The notes under the pieces are model-generated. The model did no database searches, was not told where the DNA came from, and saw only the letters and a list, made by a program, of their open reading frames with translations. Positions 8,510 through 19,649 of a stretch of 64,000 nt of DNA are shown here, piece by piece. Positions within the stretch are counted from its first letter, which is position 1. Each line of letters starts with the position of its first letter. The position numbers and the translations under genes were made by a program. The stretch covers positions 27,629 through 91,628 of the forward strand of contig JAVJQW010000021.1 of assembly GCA_040218735.1 (NCBI GenBank), read 5' to 3'. The DNA comes from Deltaproteobacteria bacterium (lineage in GTDB: Bacteria; Myxococcota; Kuafuiibacteriia; Kuafuiibacteriales; Kuafuiibacteriaceae).

Positions 8510-9568
8510 ATGGGGTCGTCGATGATACGTCGTCTGGCCACAGATGGATCCATCCTGAGCCGGTCGTGGTATGCCGATCCCGTGCGCAGGGCGTGGCGGC
8601 GCGTGATGGGGATCGTGTTGGCGATCTTCGTCACGTTGATGGTCGCGGAGCTCGCGGCGAGCTTTCTGCTCCCGGCTCCCTACGTCGACCGTGCGCCGCT
8701 CGTCCAGGTCGCGCCGCACCCCGTCCTCGCGTACAAGCTCGTCCCGCGGCAGCGGACGTTCTCGTACCAGGCGACCGTCCTGACCGACGACGACGGCCTG
8801 CGGATCCTCCCCGCGACCACGGCCACGTCGTCGTGGGTGTTCCTCGGGGGCTCGGAGACCTTCGGCAAGGGCGTCGAGGCCGAGCGCACGTACCCGGCGC
8901 TCGTGCAGTCGGCGCTCGGCGTCCGTGCAACGAATGCGGGTGTCCCGGACTACAACATCGATCAGAGCGTGCTGTGGCTGGAGCGTGACGGCGGCGCGCC
9001 CGACGTCGTCGTGCTCGCGTTCTATTGGAACGATTTGTTCCCCGAGGCCGGCCTGAACCGCGACGCGCCCCCGGTGCGGGAGTGGGCTCCGCGCGCGGTG
9101 CTCAAACAGACCGGTCTCCTCGAGCGCGTCGCTCCGCTCTACACGCGGAGCCGCGTCGCCTATGTGGCGCGCAACGCGCTCAAGGAACGCGTGGGCCGGT
9201 GGCGCGGGCACCCCGAGCAGGTGTGGCGCGACGCGCTCCTCGAAGGCCCATCGCGACCCGAGATCGAGCGCGCGTGGACGAGGGTCACCGAGCAGCTCGA
9301 TCGATTCCGAACGCTCGCAGCCGAGCGAGGTTTTCGCCCGGTCGTCCTCGCGCTCCCCATCGAACACGCGGTCGAACGTGGCGGTCCGTTCCCGGTCGTC
9401 GAGCGCATCCGCGCGCTCACGGCGGACCTCGAGGTGGTCGACGCCACGCCTGCGCTCTTAGCGAGTCACCGCGCGGGTGAGCAGCCGTACATCCCGTGGG
9501 ACGGACGCCCTTCGCCCGCGGGCCACGCCGCGATCGCAAAGGCCCTCGTCGAGGCGTTAGAGCGCTAG
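8510..9568 (+). CDS. SGNH/GDSL-type hydrolase family membrane protein
   Basis: N-terminal TM segment, then a hydrolase-like domain. Only the 3' third of the 1185-aa artefactual ORF 6011-9568 is coding. Confidence 0.5.
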   Translation: MGSSMIRRLATDGSILSRSWYADPVRRAWRRVMGIVLAIFVTLMVAELAASFLLPAPYVDRAPLVQVAPHPVLAYKLVPRQRTFSYQATVLTDDDGLRILPATTATSSWVFLGGSETFGKGVEAERTYPALVQSALGVRATNAGVPDYNIDQSVLWLERDGGAPDVVVLAFYWNDLFPEAGLNRDAPPVREWAPRAVLKQTGLLERVAPLYTRSRVAYVARNALKERVGRWRGHPEQVWRDALLEGPSRPEIERAWTRVTEQLDRFRTLAAERGFRPVVLALPIEHAVERGGPFPVVERIRALTADLEVVDATPALLASHRAGEQPYIPWDGRPSPAGHAAIAKALVEALER

Positions 9569-10860
9569 CGGCGTGAGGTCCGCGAAGATGCCGGCCGAGT
9601 TGTTGCCGAACCCGAACAGGATGCGCTCGCGCGCCGGGTCGTAGATGGCGCTGCACGACGACCGCACGCGATCGTTGCCGATCGGGAGCTGGTGCCAGCG
9701 CTCCTGCCCGGGATCGAGATCGAGGATCCACAGCTGTGTCTTCGTCGTGCGCCCGTCCGGCGTGCCGCCCCACACGAAGAAGCGGCGGTTCTTCGTGTCC
9801 ATCGCGGAGCAGCCGTTGCGCCGGCCCGACGCCGAGTCACTCGAGCCGAAGAGCTGGCTCCACGTCGGCGGGGTCGTCGACAGGTCGAGCGCCCAGGTGT
9901 CGGTGGCGGCGTTGACCGGGTCGCCCGCGACGGCCTGCTGTCCGCCGGAGAAGAGGATCAAGCGGTCGGCGGCTTCGTCGACCGCGAGGAAGAAGCCGTA
10001 GCGCGGCGACGGCGCTTCGCCGCTCGTGGCGATGGGGCCGTACTCGTTCGTGGTGAGGTCGAACGCGAAGAGCTCGTTGGTGAGCCCGGGGTGGAAGCCG
10101 CCGAACGAGAGCAGGCGTGACCGTGGTTCGTCGTAGACGAGGCCGTGCAGCGTGGCGCCTTCGTTGGGGGCGCCCGACGGGCTCACCTGACGCACGGACG
10201 TCGTCGCGGAGCTCGCGTCGATCTCCACCAACGAGAACGGCAGCTCGTTCGCCGGCCCCGATCCCCCTTCGTAGTACGCGCCGAGCCCAGGGACGAACGC
10301 GACCCGGCCGGCCGCGAGCAGGGGAGCGCCGCCGTTGTCGAGCTGCGTCCAGCTCTCGGCGTTCAGGTCGAAGCGCCAGAGGTCGTCGACGACGGTGAAC
10401 TGCCGAGGCACGAACGAGAAGCCGCCGAACAGGTAGAGCGCGTCCGGCTCCGCGGGGTCGATCCACATGGCGGGGTGCTCGCGTGCGTCGGGGCCGACGG
10501 TCCACTCGATCGGCGCACCGAAGGCGAGCGCTTCGACGGTGATCGTGCGCTGCGTTTCGTCGCCGCACGCCGCGCGGACGTCGACGGCGTAGGTCCCGGG
10601 GTCGTACGGCGCGCGCACCTCGTCGGGGCCGAGCACGACGAAGCTCCCCGGCCAGGACAGCTCGACGGCGCTGCCGCCGACCTCGCTCGCTGCAAAGGGG
10701 ACCAGCGCGCCGGCGCGGACGGTGAGATCGTCGGGGACCTCGAGCGCACACACGCCGCCGTCACGTTCGACGCCGCCGTCGCGCGGGGGGCTGTCGCTCG
10801 TGGCGTCGCCGCAGGCGATCAGCACGAGCAGGGGCAGGGCCTGTGCGGTTCTTGACACGC
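9557..10860 (-). CDS. Kelch-repeat lipoprotein
   Basis: Probable GTG start preceding LPLLVLIACGD; repeated Kelch-like blades. Confidence 0.55.
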
Positions 10861-10988
10861 AGCACGACGAAAGCACGCCGCGTACCAGCTCGGATATCGA
10901 CGCCCAACGTAGGCGTCGACGTTCGAAGTGGGCCAGTCGTCCCGTAGTCCGCACGTGCCGATCGAAACGTGATACTCCACCCGACGCG

Positions 10989-11477
10989 ATGCATTCCGCA
11001 CGGTTGACCTACGAGCCGCTCGAAGCGCGGCACGCCGAGGCGCTGTTGTCGCTCGCGCGCGACGCCCACGTGCGCCGGTGGCTCCTCGACGGTGAGATCG
11101 TCCCCGACGCGTGGCCAGAGATCGTGTTGGACGTGGTTCGAGGCGTGCGCGCGGAGCACGGGCTCGACTTCTACGTCGCCTCTGCGGACGGTGCGCCGGT
11201 CGGTTTCTGCGGCTACTTCGTCTTCGAGGAGCACGGTCCCGAGCCGCAGCTCCTCTATGCGCTGCTCGAGCCTCACACGGGCCGAGGGCTCGCCACGGAG
11301 ATGGCCGAGGCGCTGATCGAAGTCGCACGGCGCGCCGGTCGCGACACCATCCTCAGCGCCGTCGACGCCCCCAACGCCGCCTCGATCCGCGTCCTCGAGA
11401 AGGTCGGCTTCGAAGCGACCGGCTCGGTCCCGGGAGCATTCGGCGAGACGATCATGTTCCGGCGGAGCCTCCTATGA
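10989..11477 (+). CDS. GNAT family N-acetyltransferase
   Basis: GNAT motifs; its stop overlaps the rnhA start (ATGA). Confidence 0.7.
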   Translation: MHSARLTYEPLEARHAEALLSLARDAHVRRWLLDGEIVPDAWPEIVLDVVRGVRAEHGLDFYVASADGAPVGFCGYFVFEEHGPEPQLLYALLEPHTGRGLATEMAEALIEVARRAGRDTILSAVDAPNAASIRVLEKVGFEATGSVPGAFGETIMFRRSLL

Positions 11478-11923
11478 GCAACCTCCCGAACGTCCTCCTC
11501 TACACGGACGGCGCGTGCTCCCCGAACCCGGGGCGCGGCGGCTGGGGCGCCGTGCTGCTCTATCCGAAGAAGGACTACCGCAAGGAGATCTCCGGCGGTG
11601 AGCTCGACACCACGAACAACCGCATGGAGATGCAGGCCGCCATCGAGGGCCTCGCCGCGCTCAAGACCCGGTGTCACGTCGACCTGTACACCGACTCGAA
11701 GTACGTCCGGAACGCGTTCGAGAAGAACTGGATCGGTCGCTGGAAGAAGAACGGCTGGCGCACCGCGGACAAGAAGCCCGTGAAGAACGAAGAGCTGTGG
11801 CGCCGGCTGATCGACCTCGTCGAACAGCACGACGTCACCTGGCACTGGGTGAAGGGCCACGCCGGCGACCCCGAGAACGAGCGCGCCGACGAGCTCGCCG
11901 TCAACGCGCGCCTCGCGCTGTGA
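11474..11923 (+). CDS. rnhA: Ribonuclease HI
   Basis: [21 protein letters not shown]...[14 protein letters not shown]...[16 protein letters not shown]: the RNase H catalytic DEDD signature. Confidence 0.9.
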   Translation: MSNLPNVLLYTDGACSPNPGRGGWGAVLLYPKKDYRKEISGGELDTTNNRMEMQAAIEGLAALKTRCHVDLYTDSKYVRNAFEKNWIGRWKKNGWRTADKKPVKNEELWRRLIDLVEQHDVTWHWVKGHAGDPENERADELAVNARLAL

Positions 11924-11924
11924 C

Positions 11925-13241
11925 CTACCAGCAGACGCCGCGGTACGTGCCCGCGAGTTTGTCGCGGTCCGGGACGTTCACGAGGTCGAGGATCAGCTGA
12001 TCGTCGCGCGCGCTCTCGTGCAGCGTCGCCATCAACGGTTTGTCGCGCAGGCCCACCACCACGACGTCGGCGGCGTCGATCACCGACTTCGCGTCGGTGC
12101 GCATGAGCTGGGAGATGTGCGGGATGCTCTCTTCGATGTAACGCCGGTTCGCGCCCATCAGGCGGGCGACGTTCACCTCGGGGTCGAAGATCTCCAGGTT
12201 GAGGCCCTTGCCGATGAAACGTTCGGCCATCGTCACCAGCGGTGACTCGCGGAGGTCGTCGGTGCCGCTCTTGAACGACAGCCCGATCATCCCGACCTTG
12301 CGTTTGCCGGAGTGCAGCACCCAGTCGATCGCGTGGTCGATGTGGATCTGGTTGCTGGGCATGATGCCCTTCAACATCGGCACCTCGACGTCGTTGGTCT
12401 TTGCGAGCGCCATCAACGCCTTCACGTCCTTCGGCAGGCACGACCCGCCGAACGCGAAGCCCGGCTTCATGTACGCCGGTGAGATGTTGAGCTGCCGGTC
12501 CTCACAGACCAGGCGCATGACTTCGTGTGAGTCGACGCCGAGCGCCTGGCTGATGCGACCCACCTCGTTTGCAAACGTGATCTTCAGCGCGTGGAAGGTG
12601 TTGCAGCACATCTTCAGCATCTCCGCGCTGGTGATCGTCGTCGTGACGAACTCACACGGCAGATGCCCGAACAGCTCGCGCAGCATCTCGGCGGGGCGCT
12701 CGTCGTTGGTGCCGACGACGGTGAACGGCGGGTTGTCGTAGTCCTTGATCGACGAACCCTCGCGCAAGAACTCCGGCTGGAAACACAGCCCGAAGTCCTG
12801 ACCGAGCTTCAGGCCCGAGTGCTCCTCGAGCAGCGGTCCCACCACGTTCTCCACCGTGCCCGGGAGCACCGTCGAGCGCATGACGAACGCGTGGTAGCTC
12901 CCCTTCTTCGCGAGCGCGCGCCCGAGCTGCTCCGCGAGGCGTTTGACCGCCGTGAGGTCCTGGCCGCCCGTGCGTGTCGACGGAGTGCCGACGCAGATCA
13001 ACGAGACGTCGGACTTCTGGACCGCCTCCTCGGCGTCGTTCGTCACCGAGAGGTGGCCGCCCTTCGCCGCGTTGGCGATGAGGTCCTCCATACCTTCCTC
13101 GATGATCGGCGTTTTGCCGCTCGCGAGGAGGTCGAGCTTGGTTTGGTCGATGTCGCAGCCGACGACGTCGTGTCCGTCGCGCGCAAGGCAGCCTGCCGAC
13201 ACCGCGCCGACGTAACCGAGTCCGAAGATGCTGATTCTCAT
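11925..13241 (-). CDS. Nucleotide-sugar 6-dehydrogenase (UDP-glucose/GDP-mannose dehydrogenase family)
   Basis: N-terminal Rossmann motif MRISIFGLGYVGAV; catalytic Cys region GGSCLPKD; 438 aa. Confidence 0.85.
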   Translation of the reverse strand: MRISIFGLGYVGAVSAGCLARDGHDVVGCDIDQTKLDLLASGKTPIIEEGMEDLIANAAKGGHLSVTNDAEEAVQKSDVSLICVGTPSTRTGGQDLTAVKRLAEQLGRALAKKGSYHAFVMRSTVLPGTVENVVGPLLEEHSGLKLGQDFGLCFQPEFLREGSSIKDYDNPPFTVVGTNDERPAEMLRELFGHLPCEFVTTTITSAEMLKMCCNTFHALKITFANEVGRISQALGVDSHEVMRLVCEDRQLNISPAYMKPGFAFGGSCLPKDVKALMALAKTNDVEVPMLKGIMPSNQIHIDHAIDWVLHSGKRKVGMIGLSFKSGTDDLRESPLVTMAERFIGKGLNLEIFDPEVNVARLMGANRRYIEESIPHISQLMRTDAKSVIDAADVVVVGLRDKPLMATLHESARDDQLILDLVNVPDRDKLAGTYRGVCW

Positions 13242-14449
13242 GCCGTCCTCCCGAGCCGTCGGTAGCCTTCGACGGTGTCATCGATGATCTTGTCGAGCCG
13301 CTTCATGGACGCGCCCCAGTCGTGGTGGGAGAGCACGCGCTTTCGGCCGGCTTCGGCGAAGCGTTTGCGCTCGCTTTCGTCGTTCAACAGTCGCAGCACC
13401 GCGTCCGCGTACTCCTCCGGGCGGTTCGCCGTGAGGATGTGCTCCCCCGGCACGCAGTCCACGCCGCCCGCGGCGAGGGTGCTGCACACCGTCGGGACAC
13501 CCATCGCGAGCGCCTCCAGGATCTTGTTCTGCGTGCCGCGCGCGATGTTGAGCGGAGCGACGGTGAGCGCCGCGCTCGTGACGTAAGGCTGCACTTGCGG
13601 CACCGAGCCCGTGACGGTGACGCCGGGGAGCTTGCCGAGATCCTGAATCGCCGGGGACGGGTCCGCGCCGACGATCAACAGCTTCGTCCCGGGGCGCCGC
13701 CGCTGGATGAGCGGCAGGACGTTCGCCGTGAAGTCGAACATGCACTCCTGGTTCGGGTAGTAGTCCATGCGGCCGATGAAGCAGACGGTGTCGCGGTCGT
13801 AGGGCTCATCGGACGGCGAGAACTTGTTTGCGTCCACGCCGTTCGGAAACCAGCCCGTGCGCACGCCGGTGTTGAAGCCGTCGAGCGTCGCGAGCTCGGC
13901 GCGCGTGGTCGCGGTGCAGGTGTCGAACTTCTTCGCGAGCTCGACCTCGGCGAGCTGCATCTTCAGGCCTTCGAGGTAGTAGCCGAGGTTCAGCGGGAAC
14001 GGCTTGAACTGCCCGTACGAGAGCCACTTCTGCGAGTCCATGTCGCCGAAGTCGAGGATCTTCGGGACGCCGCCGACGTCCTCGACGTACTGCGCGACGC
14101 TCGAGCAGTGCACGAAGATGAGATCGAAGCCGACGTCGGCGACCTTCTCCGTGATGCGCGCCTTCAGCTTTCGCGAGTGGAAGTAACCCATCGACGACGG
14201 CCCCATCGTCGGGAGGCGGCGAATCATGCTCGCGGTGCGCAGCGGGTCGTGCACGCGCTCCATGATGTACTCGTGGCAGTGGTCGGCGAGGCCCCGGCCT
14301 TCTTCGGCTTCTTCGTCGGAGCGCACGAGGGATGCGACGGTGACCTGGTGCCCCTGCTCCGTGAGGTGCCGGATCATGTTGAACGGCCGGATCTTGCCGC
14401 CGCGTTTGGGCGGGTAGGGGAAGCGGTGGCAGACGTAGAGAATCTTCAC
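13238..14449 (-). CDS. Glycosyltransferase family 4 (GT-B)
   Basis: GTG start overlaps the asnB-like stop (GTGA). The rest of the 1160-aa ORF 13238-16720 is an out-of-frame artefact over asnB. Confidence 0.8.
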   Translation of the reverse strand: MKILYVCHRFPYPPKRGGKIRPFNMIRHLTEQGHQVTVASLVRSDEEAEEGRGLADHCHEYIMERVHDPLRTASMIRRLPTMGPSSMGYFHSRKLKARITEKVADVGFDLIFVHCSSVAQYVEDVGGVPKILDFGDMDSQKWLSYGQFKPFPLNLGYYLEGLKMQLAEVELAKKFDTCTATTRAELATLDGFNTGVRTGWFPNGVDANKFSPSDEPYDRDTVCFIGRMDYYPNQECMFDFTANVLPLIQRRRPGTKLLIVGADPSPAIQDLGKLPGVTVTGSVPQVQPYVTSAALTVAPLNIARGTQNKILEALAMGVPTVCSTLAAGGVDCVPGEHILTANRPEEYADAVLRLLNDESERKRFAEAGRKRVLSHHDWGASMKRLDKIIDDTVEGYRRLGRTA

Positions 14450-16386
14450 GCGTGGACCTCGGAGCGGATCTGCGCCGACAGGTCCGTGAACGACTGCCGG
14501 TCGAGGTAGAGACGGCACCAGACCTCGAGGAAGAGGAGCGCCAGGATGTGATCGGTGTGGTCCGCCTTGTTGGCGGCGTGCAGCGCGAGTGTCTCCTCGA
14601 CGATCGCCGGGTCGAACAGCCCGCGCCGCTCGACGGCTTCGCGCGAGAGCAAGTGGCCCGTGAGGCCGGCGAGCTCGTGTTTGATCCACGCGCCCATCGG
14701 CGCCCCGAACCCGCGCTTCTTGCGGTAGAGAATCTCGTGCGGGAGGAGGTCGCCGAGCGCCTTCTTCAGAATGTACTTCAGCTCGCGCCCCCGGATCTTG
14801 AACCGCGAGGGCATCGACGCCGACAGCTCCACCAGCTCGGTGTCGAGGAACGGCACGCGGCACTCGAGCGACGTTGCCATCGTCATCTTGTCCGTGAGCA
14901 GCAGCAGGTCGTCGGGCATCTGCGTGGCGAGGTCGACTTCGAACATGCGGCGCACCGCGTCCGGGTTCGAAGACGTGTCGGCGAAGGCGGCGCCTATCGC
15001 GTCGTAGGCTTCGCCCTCGGCGCGCGCGAGGCGATCGATCTGTTCCGGCGCGTAGACACCGACGTAGGACTTGTAGCGCTCCTCGAACGGCAGCTCGTTC
15101 GAAAGCAGGAAGCTCCGCGCGAGGCGTGACACGTTCAGCAGCGGGGAGTGGCGGTCGGCGGGCATTCGCCGCGCGATGGGCGCGACGACGCGTTGGCGGA
15201 GGCGCTTCGGCACGAGCTGGTAGTACTGCCCGTAGAACTCCCCGAGGTAGCGCCGGTAGCCGCCGAACAGCTCGTCGCCGCCGACGCCGCTGAGGATCAC
15301 CGTGACGTCCTTCCGCGCGAACTCCGCGACGAGGTACGTGGTGATGAACGCCGAGTCCGCGATGGGCTCGTCCATGTGCCACAGCAGACGAGGCAGCAGC
15401 TCGACGACGTCGGGGCGGACGACGATCTCCTTGTGGTCGGTGCGGAAGCGCTCCGCGACCTGCCGCGCGAAGGGCAGCTCGTTGTAGTAGCTCCCGGCGC
15501 TGCCGGTGTCGAAGCCGATCGCGTAGGTCTTCACCGGGCGGTCGCTGTGGCGGGACATGAACCCGACGATCGAGCTGGAGTCGATCCCGCCGGAGAGGAA
15601 CGCGCCGAGCGGCACGTCGCTGACCATCTGGGAGACGATCGACTTCTCGAGCGTCGTGAGGAGCGCGTCGACCCACTGGCTCTCGCTCTTGTGGTCGTCG
15701 GTGCGGTCGTCGATGCGCCAGTAGCGATCGATCGAGACGGCCTTCGACTTCAGATCGATCGTCATCGTCGACGCGACCGGGAGCTTTCGGATGCCGTCGA
15801 GGAGGGAGTAGGGCGCCGCGACGTAGCCGAGCGAGAGATACGTGTGCAGGCCGATCGGATCGATGCCCGCGTCGATGCCGGGCACCTCGAGGATCGCCTT
15901 CGCCTCCGAAGCGAACACGATGCGCCCCGCGGTCTGGTGGTAGTAGATCGGCTTGATGCCGATGCGGTCGCGGGCGATCACCACGCGCCGCTGCTTTTTG
16001 TCGTAGATCGCGAGGCCGAACATCCCTTCGAGCCGCGTGACGAACTTGTCGCCCCACTCGGCGTACGCGTGCAGCGCGGCCTCGGAGTCGCTGTTCGTCG
16101 CGAAGATGTGCCCGCGGCCCTCGAGCTCCTTGCGCAGCTCGCGGAAGTTGTAGATCTCCCCGTTGCAGACGATCCACAGCGTCTTGTCCGCGTTGCTGAT
16201 CGGCTGGTGTCCGCCCGCCAGGTCGATGATCGACAGCCGGCGCATCGCGATCCCCACAGGGCCGTCGCAGTAGGCGCCCGCGTCGTCCGGGCCTCGGTGC
16301 GTGGTGACGTCTCCCATCCGGGCGAGCTGTTCGGGCTCGGGGAGGTGGGCGCCGTCGAGCGACACGATGCCGTGGATGCCGCACAT
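14446..16386 (-). CDS. Asparagine synthase (glutamine-hydrolysing) family amidotransferase
   Basis: N-terminal MCGI (Ntn Cys2); SGGIDSS PP-loop motif; 646 aa. Confidence 0.85.
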   Translation of the reverse strand: MCGIHGIVSLDGAHLPEPEQLARMGDVTTHRGPDDAGAYCDGPVGIAMRRLSIIDLAGGHQPISNADKTLWIVCNGEIYNFRELRKELEGRGHIFATNSDSEAALHAYAEWGDKFVTRLEGMFGLAIYDKKQRRVVIARDRIGIKPIYYHQTAGRIVFASEAKAILEVPGIDAGIDPIGLHTYLSLGYVAAPYSLLDGIRKLPVASTMTIDLKSKAVSIDRYWRIDDRTDDHKSESQWVDALLTTLEKSIVSQMVSDVPLGAFLSGGIDSSSIVGFMSRHSDRPVKTYAIGFDTGSAGSYYNELPFARQVAERFRTDHKEIVVRPDVVELLPRLLWHMDEPIADSAFITTYLVAEFARKDVTVILSGVGGDELFGGYRRYLGEFYGQYYQLVPKRLRQRVVAPIARRMPADRHSPLLNVSRLARSFLLSNELPFEERYKSYVGVYAPEQIDRLARAEGEAYDAIGAAFADTSSNPDAVRRMFEVDLATQMPDDLLLLTDKMTMATSLECRVPFLDTELVELSASMPSRFKIRGRELKYILKKALGDLLPHEILYRKKRGFGAPMGAWIKHELAGLTGHLLSREAVERRGLFDPAIVEETLALHAANKADHTDHILALLFLEVWCRLYLDRQSFTDLSAQIRSEVHA

Positions 16387-16392
16387 GCCGCT

Positions 16393-17256
16393 TCAGCCGA
16401 CCTTCTCGAAGCCCACGTTGAGCCAGGGGAGGAACGCCTCGGCGGGCCAGTCCACGGCGCTCGCTACGCCGCGGTCCACGGCTTGGAGGACGCGGTGCGC
16501 CGCCGACGTCATGAAGCCGCCCACGAGCGGGAGCGCCTCGGCGCGGGAGCCGACGCGCTCGGCGAAGGCGAGCAGCTCGTCGCGCTCGCCCTTCACGAAC
16601 CGCAGCTCGGGGGCCGCGGCGAGGATGGCGCCGAAGGTGATGCCGCGCTCCGCGTCGGGGTTCTTGCCGAGGCGCTCGCGGATCTTCGGGCCGAGGTTGG
16701 GCATCCAGTTCAGCGTCCACGTCTGGCTGTGGACCTCACGGGGCCAGGCGGCGTTGGACGTGCCGGCGACGATCAGGCGGCCGCCTGTCTTCAGGCAGCG
16801 CACCATCTCCCGCAGGTAGGGGCCGCGGTCGCCCTTGATATATTCGAGCGAAGAGCTCGTCATCACGAAGTCGAAGGAGGCGTCCTCGAAGGGGAGATGC
16901 AAGGTGTCTTGCGTGAAGTGGAACTCGGTGAGCTCGGAGACCGCGTACGCCGCCGACCAACGCGGTGCGATGACCTCGTTGCCAGCGTTCGGCTCCACCC
17001 CGACCACGTGTGCGCCCAGGTCATGGGCGATCGCCGCCGCCGAGCACCCGGGGCCGCTGCCGAAGTCGAGGAGGCGAGTCCCGGACCGGACCCCGTGGCC
17101 GGCGACGAAGGGGACGAGGTTCGCGCGGTGGATGTCCACCGACGCCATCTCGAACTCGAGCGTCTTCTTCAGGCTGGCTTCGCTCGAGCCGGCGTACTTG
17201 TCGCGCCAGATGGCTTCGATCTCGGCGACGATGCTGGGGTCGGGGATCTGGGGCAC
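16393..17256 (-). CDS. Class I SAM-dependent methyltransferase
   Basis: LLDFGSGPG SAM-binding motif I. Confidence 0.75.
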   Translation of the reverse strand: MPQIPDPSIVAEIEAIWRDKYAGSSEASLKKTLEFEMASVDIHRANLVPFVAGHGVRSGTRLLDFGSGPGCSAAAIAHDLGAHVVGVEPNAGNEVIAPRWSAAYAVSELTEFHFTQDTLHLPFEDASFDFVMTSSSLEYIKGDRGPYLREMVRCLKTGGRLIVAGTSNAAWPREVHSQTWTLNWMPNLGPKIRERLGKNPDAERGITFGAILAAAPELRFVKGERDELLAFAERVGSRAEALPLVGGFMTSAAHRVLQAVDRGVASAVDWPAEAFLPWLNVGFEKVG

Positions 17257-17300
17257 CGCGCGGCATGAGACCGGCGGCCGGCGCCCCCGTCAAGGCGCCC

Positions 17301-19616
17301 TCAGAACTGGAGCACGATGCGCATCTGGTGGCTCTTGCCGCGTGTGAGCTGCAGGGTTCGCGCGACGCGCCGGATGCAGCGCTCCCGGGCCTTGGGGAGC
17401 GGATCCTTCTCGAAGCGCACATCCACGATACGGCCGGCGCGGCTCACGACGAGCACGATGCGGGCCTTGGAGCCCTGCGACGCGGCGCCCTCGAGGCACT
17501 TCGCGAGGCGGTTGCGGACGTCCCGCTTGCTGAGCGTGGGGAGCGCGCTGTCCCGCTTCTCTTCGGCCTTGCGACCGAGTCCGCCGGACCCGCTCGTGCC
17601 GAACGCGAGCCCGTCGTCCGCCGCCTCGGACTCGGCGGCCATCGCGGGCGCCGGCTCCGGGCTGGGGGCGCTGCGCGGCGCGGGGCGCGGCGGGCCTCGG
17701 CGCACGCGGCGCGCACGCTTCGAGTACACGCGGCCGCTGGCCGGCTTCATCATCGCGACCGACGTCGGAGGCGCCACGCCCTTCGGCGTGGGGAGCGGCT
17801 GCGCGACGGTCGTCGACTCACCCGAGTGGTTGCGCACGAGGCTGTCGACCGCGATGAAGCTCGTGTACTTCGTCATCAGGCTGTACTTCAGCCCGAGCGC
17901 GGTGACCTCGGCCTCCACGTTCGTGCGGCCGAGCGTCGCGAGGTCGTCGAGGCGACGCACCTTGTGACGCGCCCACAGCTGCCGGAGCGCTTCGTGCTCG
18001 CGGCGCGCGTCGGACGCCTTCACCGCGATGGACTGCGACCAGCGGCCCTGGCCGTTGTAGCCGGCGAGCGCGATGTGCCCGGACGGCGTGCCGCGGTACT
18101 TGCCGAACACCACGACGGGGCGCTGCGCGAACACGTCGGGGATGCTCTTCGGCTCCACGTCGTACGCGTCGAAGCCGTCGAACGAGACCTTCACGTCGGT
18201 GAGGACCGGCGACTCGATGTACGTCCGGAACTTCTCGGCGGCCTTCGCCGCGCCGGCCTGTCCGAGCACCACGAACGGCGTGCCGCGACCGACGTGCGCC
18301 ATGCCTTCGATGAGGTGGCGGTTCACGGAGTTTCCGATGCCGAACGCAAACAGGTTCGCTTCGCCGAGGTTCTCCGCGATGAGATCGAACGTGCGCTTCT
18401 CGACGGAGACGTACCCGTCGGTGACCACGACCATGCTCGTCGACATGTTCGGCTGCCGCGGCATCGCGAGGGCGCGCTGCATCGCGGGGAGGATCTGCGT
18501 CCCGCCGCCGCCGCGTTGGCGCGTGAGCATCGAGATCGCGCGCTCCTTCCAGGTCGGCGTCGCGGGCACGCTCTGCTCGTTGAGCACCTGGCTGCCGCCG
18601 GAGAAGAACATGATGTTGAAGCGGTCCTCGCGACGGAGGCCGGCGAGCAGCTCCTCGATGACGCGCTTCGCGGTGTTCAGCGGGAAGCCGCGCATCGAGC
18701 CCGAGACGTCGAGGATGAAGATGTACTCACGCGCCGGGACCATCGATGGGTTCAGACGTTTCGGCGGCTGCATCATCATCATGAAGAAATTCTCTTCAGC
18801 GCCCGGAAACATCAGGAGCCCGGTCTGGATGCCGTCGCCCGCGAGGCGGTACTTGAGGATGAAGTCACGGTTGCCGCCGTCGGCGCCGTCGATCTGCACC
18901 GAGGCGTTCGACGTGCCGTTGAACTGCGGTGCGATGCGGTGCGAGGGGCTCGTGACGGCGGAGATCGGCATGCCGGCGGCGATGTTCGCGGTGAGTCCGA
19001 ACGCGTAGGGCGCCTGGCTGCTGCTGAGGTACGGGTTCTTGGTCCACGCTTCGGACTTCGTGGTCGTGCTGCCCTGCGGGCCGTCGTAGCGCGGTCCGAC
19101 CACGGTCGGGTACACGAACTCGTAGACGCCGTCGGTGGGGACGAGCAGCTCGGAGTAGGTCATGTCCACGACGATGACGTCGCCGGGCATGATGTTCGCG
19201 ACGTTCATCGTGAAGACGTTCGGGCGCTCCTGCTCGAGGAGGCTCGCGCTCTTGCCTTCGCGTTTGGCCTGCTCGTAGAGCTTCCGCGCGGCCTTCTTCT
19301 CCTGGATCTTCGCTTCGATGGTGCGGTCGCCGATCGTCATCTTCATCTTGAAGACGGCGGCGCGGGTGGAGCCGGGGAAGACGTAGATCGCCTCGATCGG
19401 CGAGGAGCCCGAGTTCTTGTACGTCTGTTTGACGTTCACGCGGGCGATGACGCCGGCGATGTCGACGTCTGCGTGCGTCGACTGCAGGGGGAGCGCTTCG
19501 GTGTTCGTCTCCCCGATCACCCGGAAGTAGGGCGACTGCGTGCGATCTTCGTCGGCCTGGGCCGGGAGTGCGTAGAGGGTGAGGGCGAGCGCGAGGAGCG
19601 AAAAGCGGCGGACCAT
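17301..19616 (-). CDS. Secreted VIT + von Willebrand A domain protein with a TonB-C/AgmX-like C-terminal domain
   Basis: Signal peptide; vWA MIDAS motif (DVSGSM); 771 aa. Confidence 0.7.
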   Translation of the reverse strand: MVRRFSLLALALTLYALPAQADEDRTQSPYFRVIGETNTEALPLQSTHADVDIAGVIARVNVKQTYKNSGSSPIEAIYVFPGSTRAAVFKMKMTIGDRTIEAKIQEKKAARKLYEQAKREGKSASLLEQERPNVFTMNVANIMPGDVIVVDMTYSELLVPTDGVYEFVYPTVVGPRYDGPQGSTTTKSEAWTKNPYLSSSQAPYAFGLTANIAAGMPISAVTSPSHRIAPQFNGTSNASVQIDGADGGNRDFILKYRLAGDGIQTGLLMFPGAEENFFMMMMQPPKRLNPSMVPAREYIFILDVSGSMRGFPLNTAKRVIEELLAGLRREDRFNIMFFSGGSQVLNEQSVPATPTWKERAISMLTRQRGGGGTQILPAMQRALAMPRQPNMSTSMVVVTDGYVSVEKRTFDLIAENLGEANLFAFGIGNSVNRHLIEGMAHVGRGTPFVVLGQAGAAKAAEKFRTYIESPVLTDVKVSFDGFDAYDVEPKSIPDVFAQRPVVVFGKYRGTPSGHIALAGYNGQGRWSQSIAVKASDARREHEALRQLWARHKVRRLDDLATLGRTNVEAEVTALGLKYSLMTKYTSFIAVDSLVRNHSGESTTVAQPLPTPKGVAPPTSVAMMKPASGRVYSKRARRVRRGPPRPAPRSAPSPEPAPAMAAESEAADDGLAFGTSGSGGLGRKAEEKRDSALPTLSKRDVRNRLAKCLEGAASQGSKARIVLVVSRAGRIVDVRFEKDPLPKARERCIRRVARTLQLTRGKSHQMRIVLQF

Positions 19617-19649
19617 GGACGGTCCGAACGCGCCGGTCGGCGAAACGAT

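Noticed and set aside
6011-9568. 1185-aa + strand ORF
   Set aside because: Only the last 353 codons (from ATG 8510) are protein-like; the rest is antisense to the TonB-dependent receptor.
13238-16720. 1160-aa ORF
   Set aside because: It fuses the real GT4 gene (13238-14449) with an out-of-frame read-through across asnB. High-GC genomes give long spurious ORFs.
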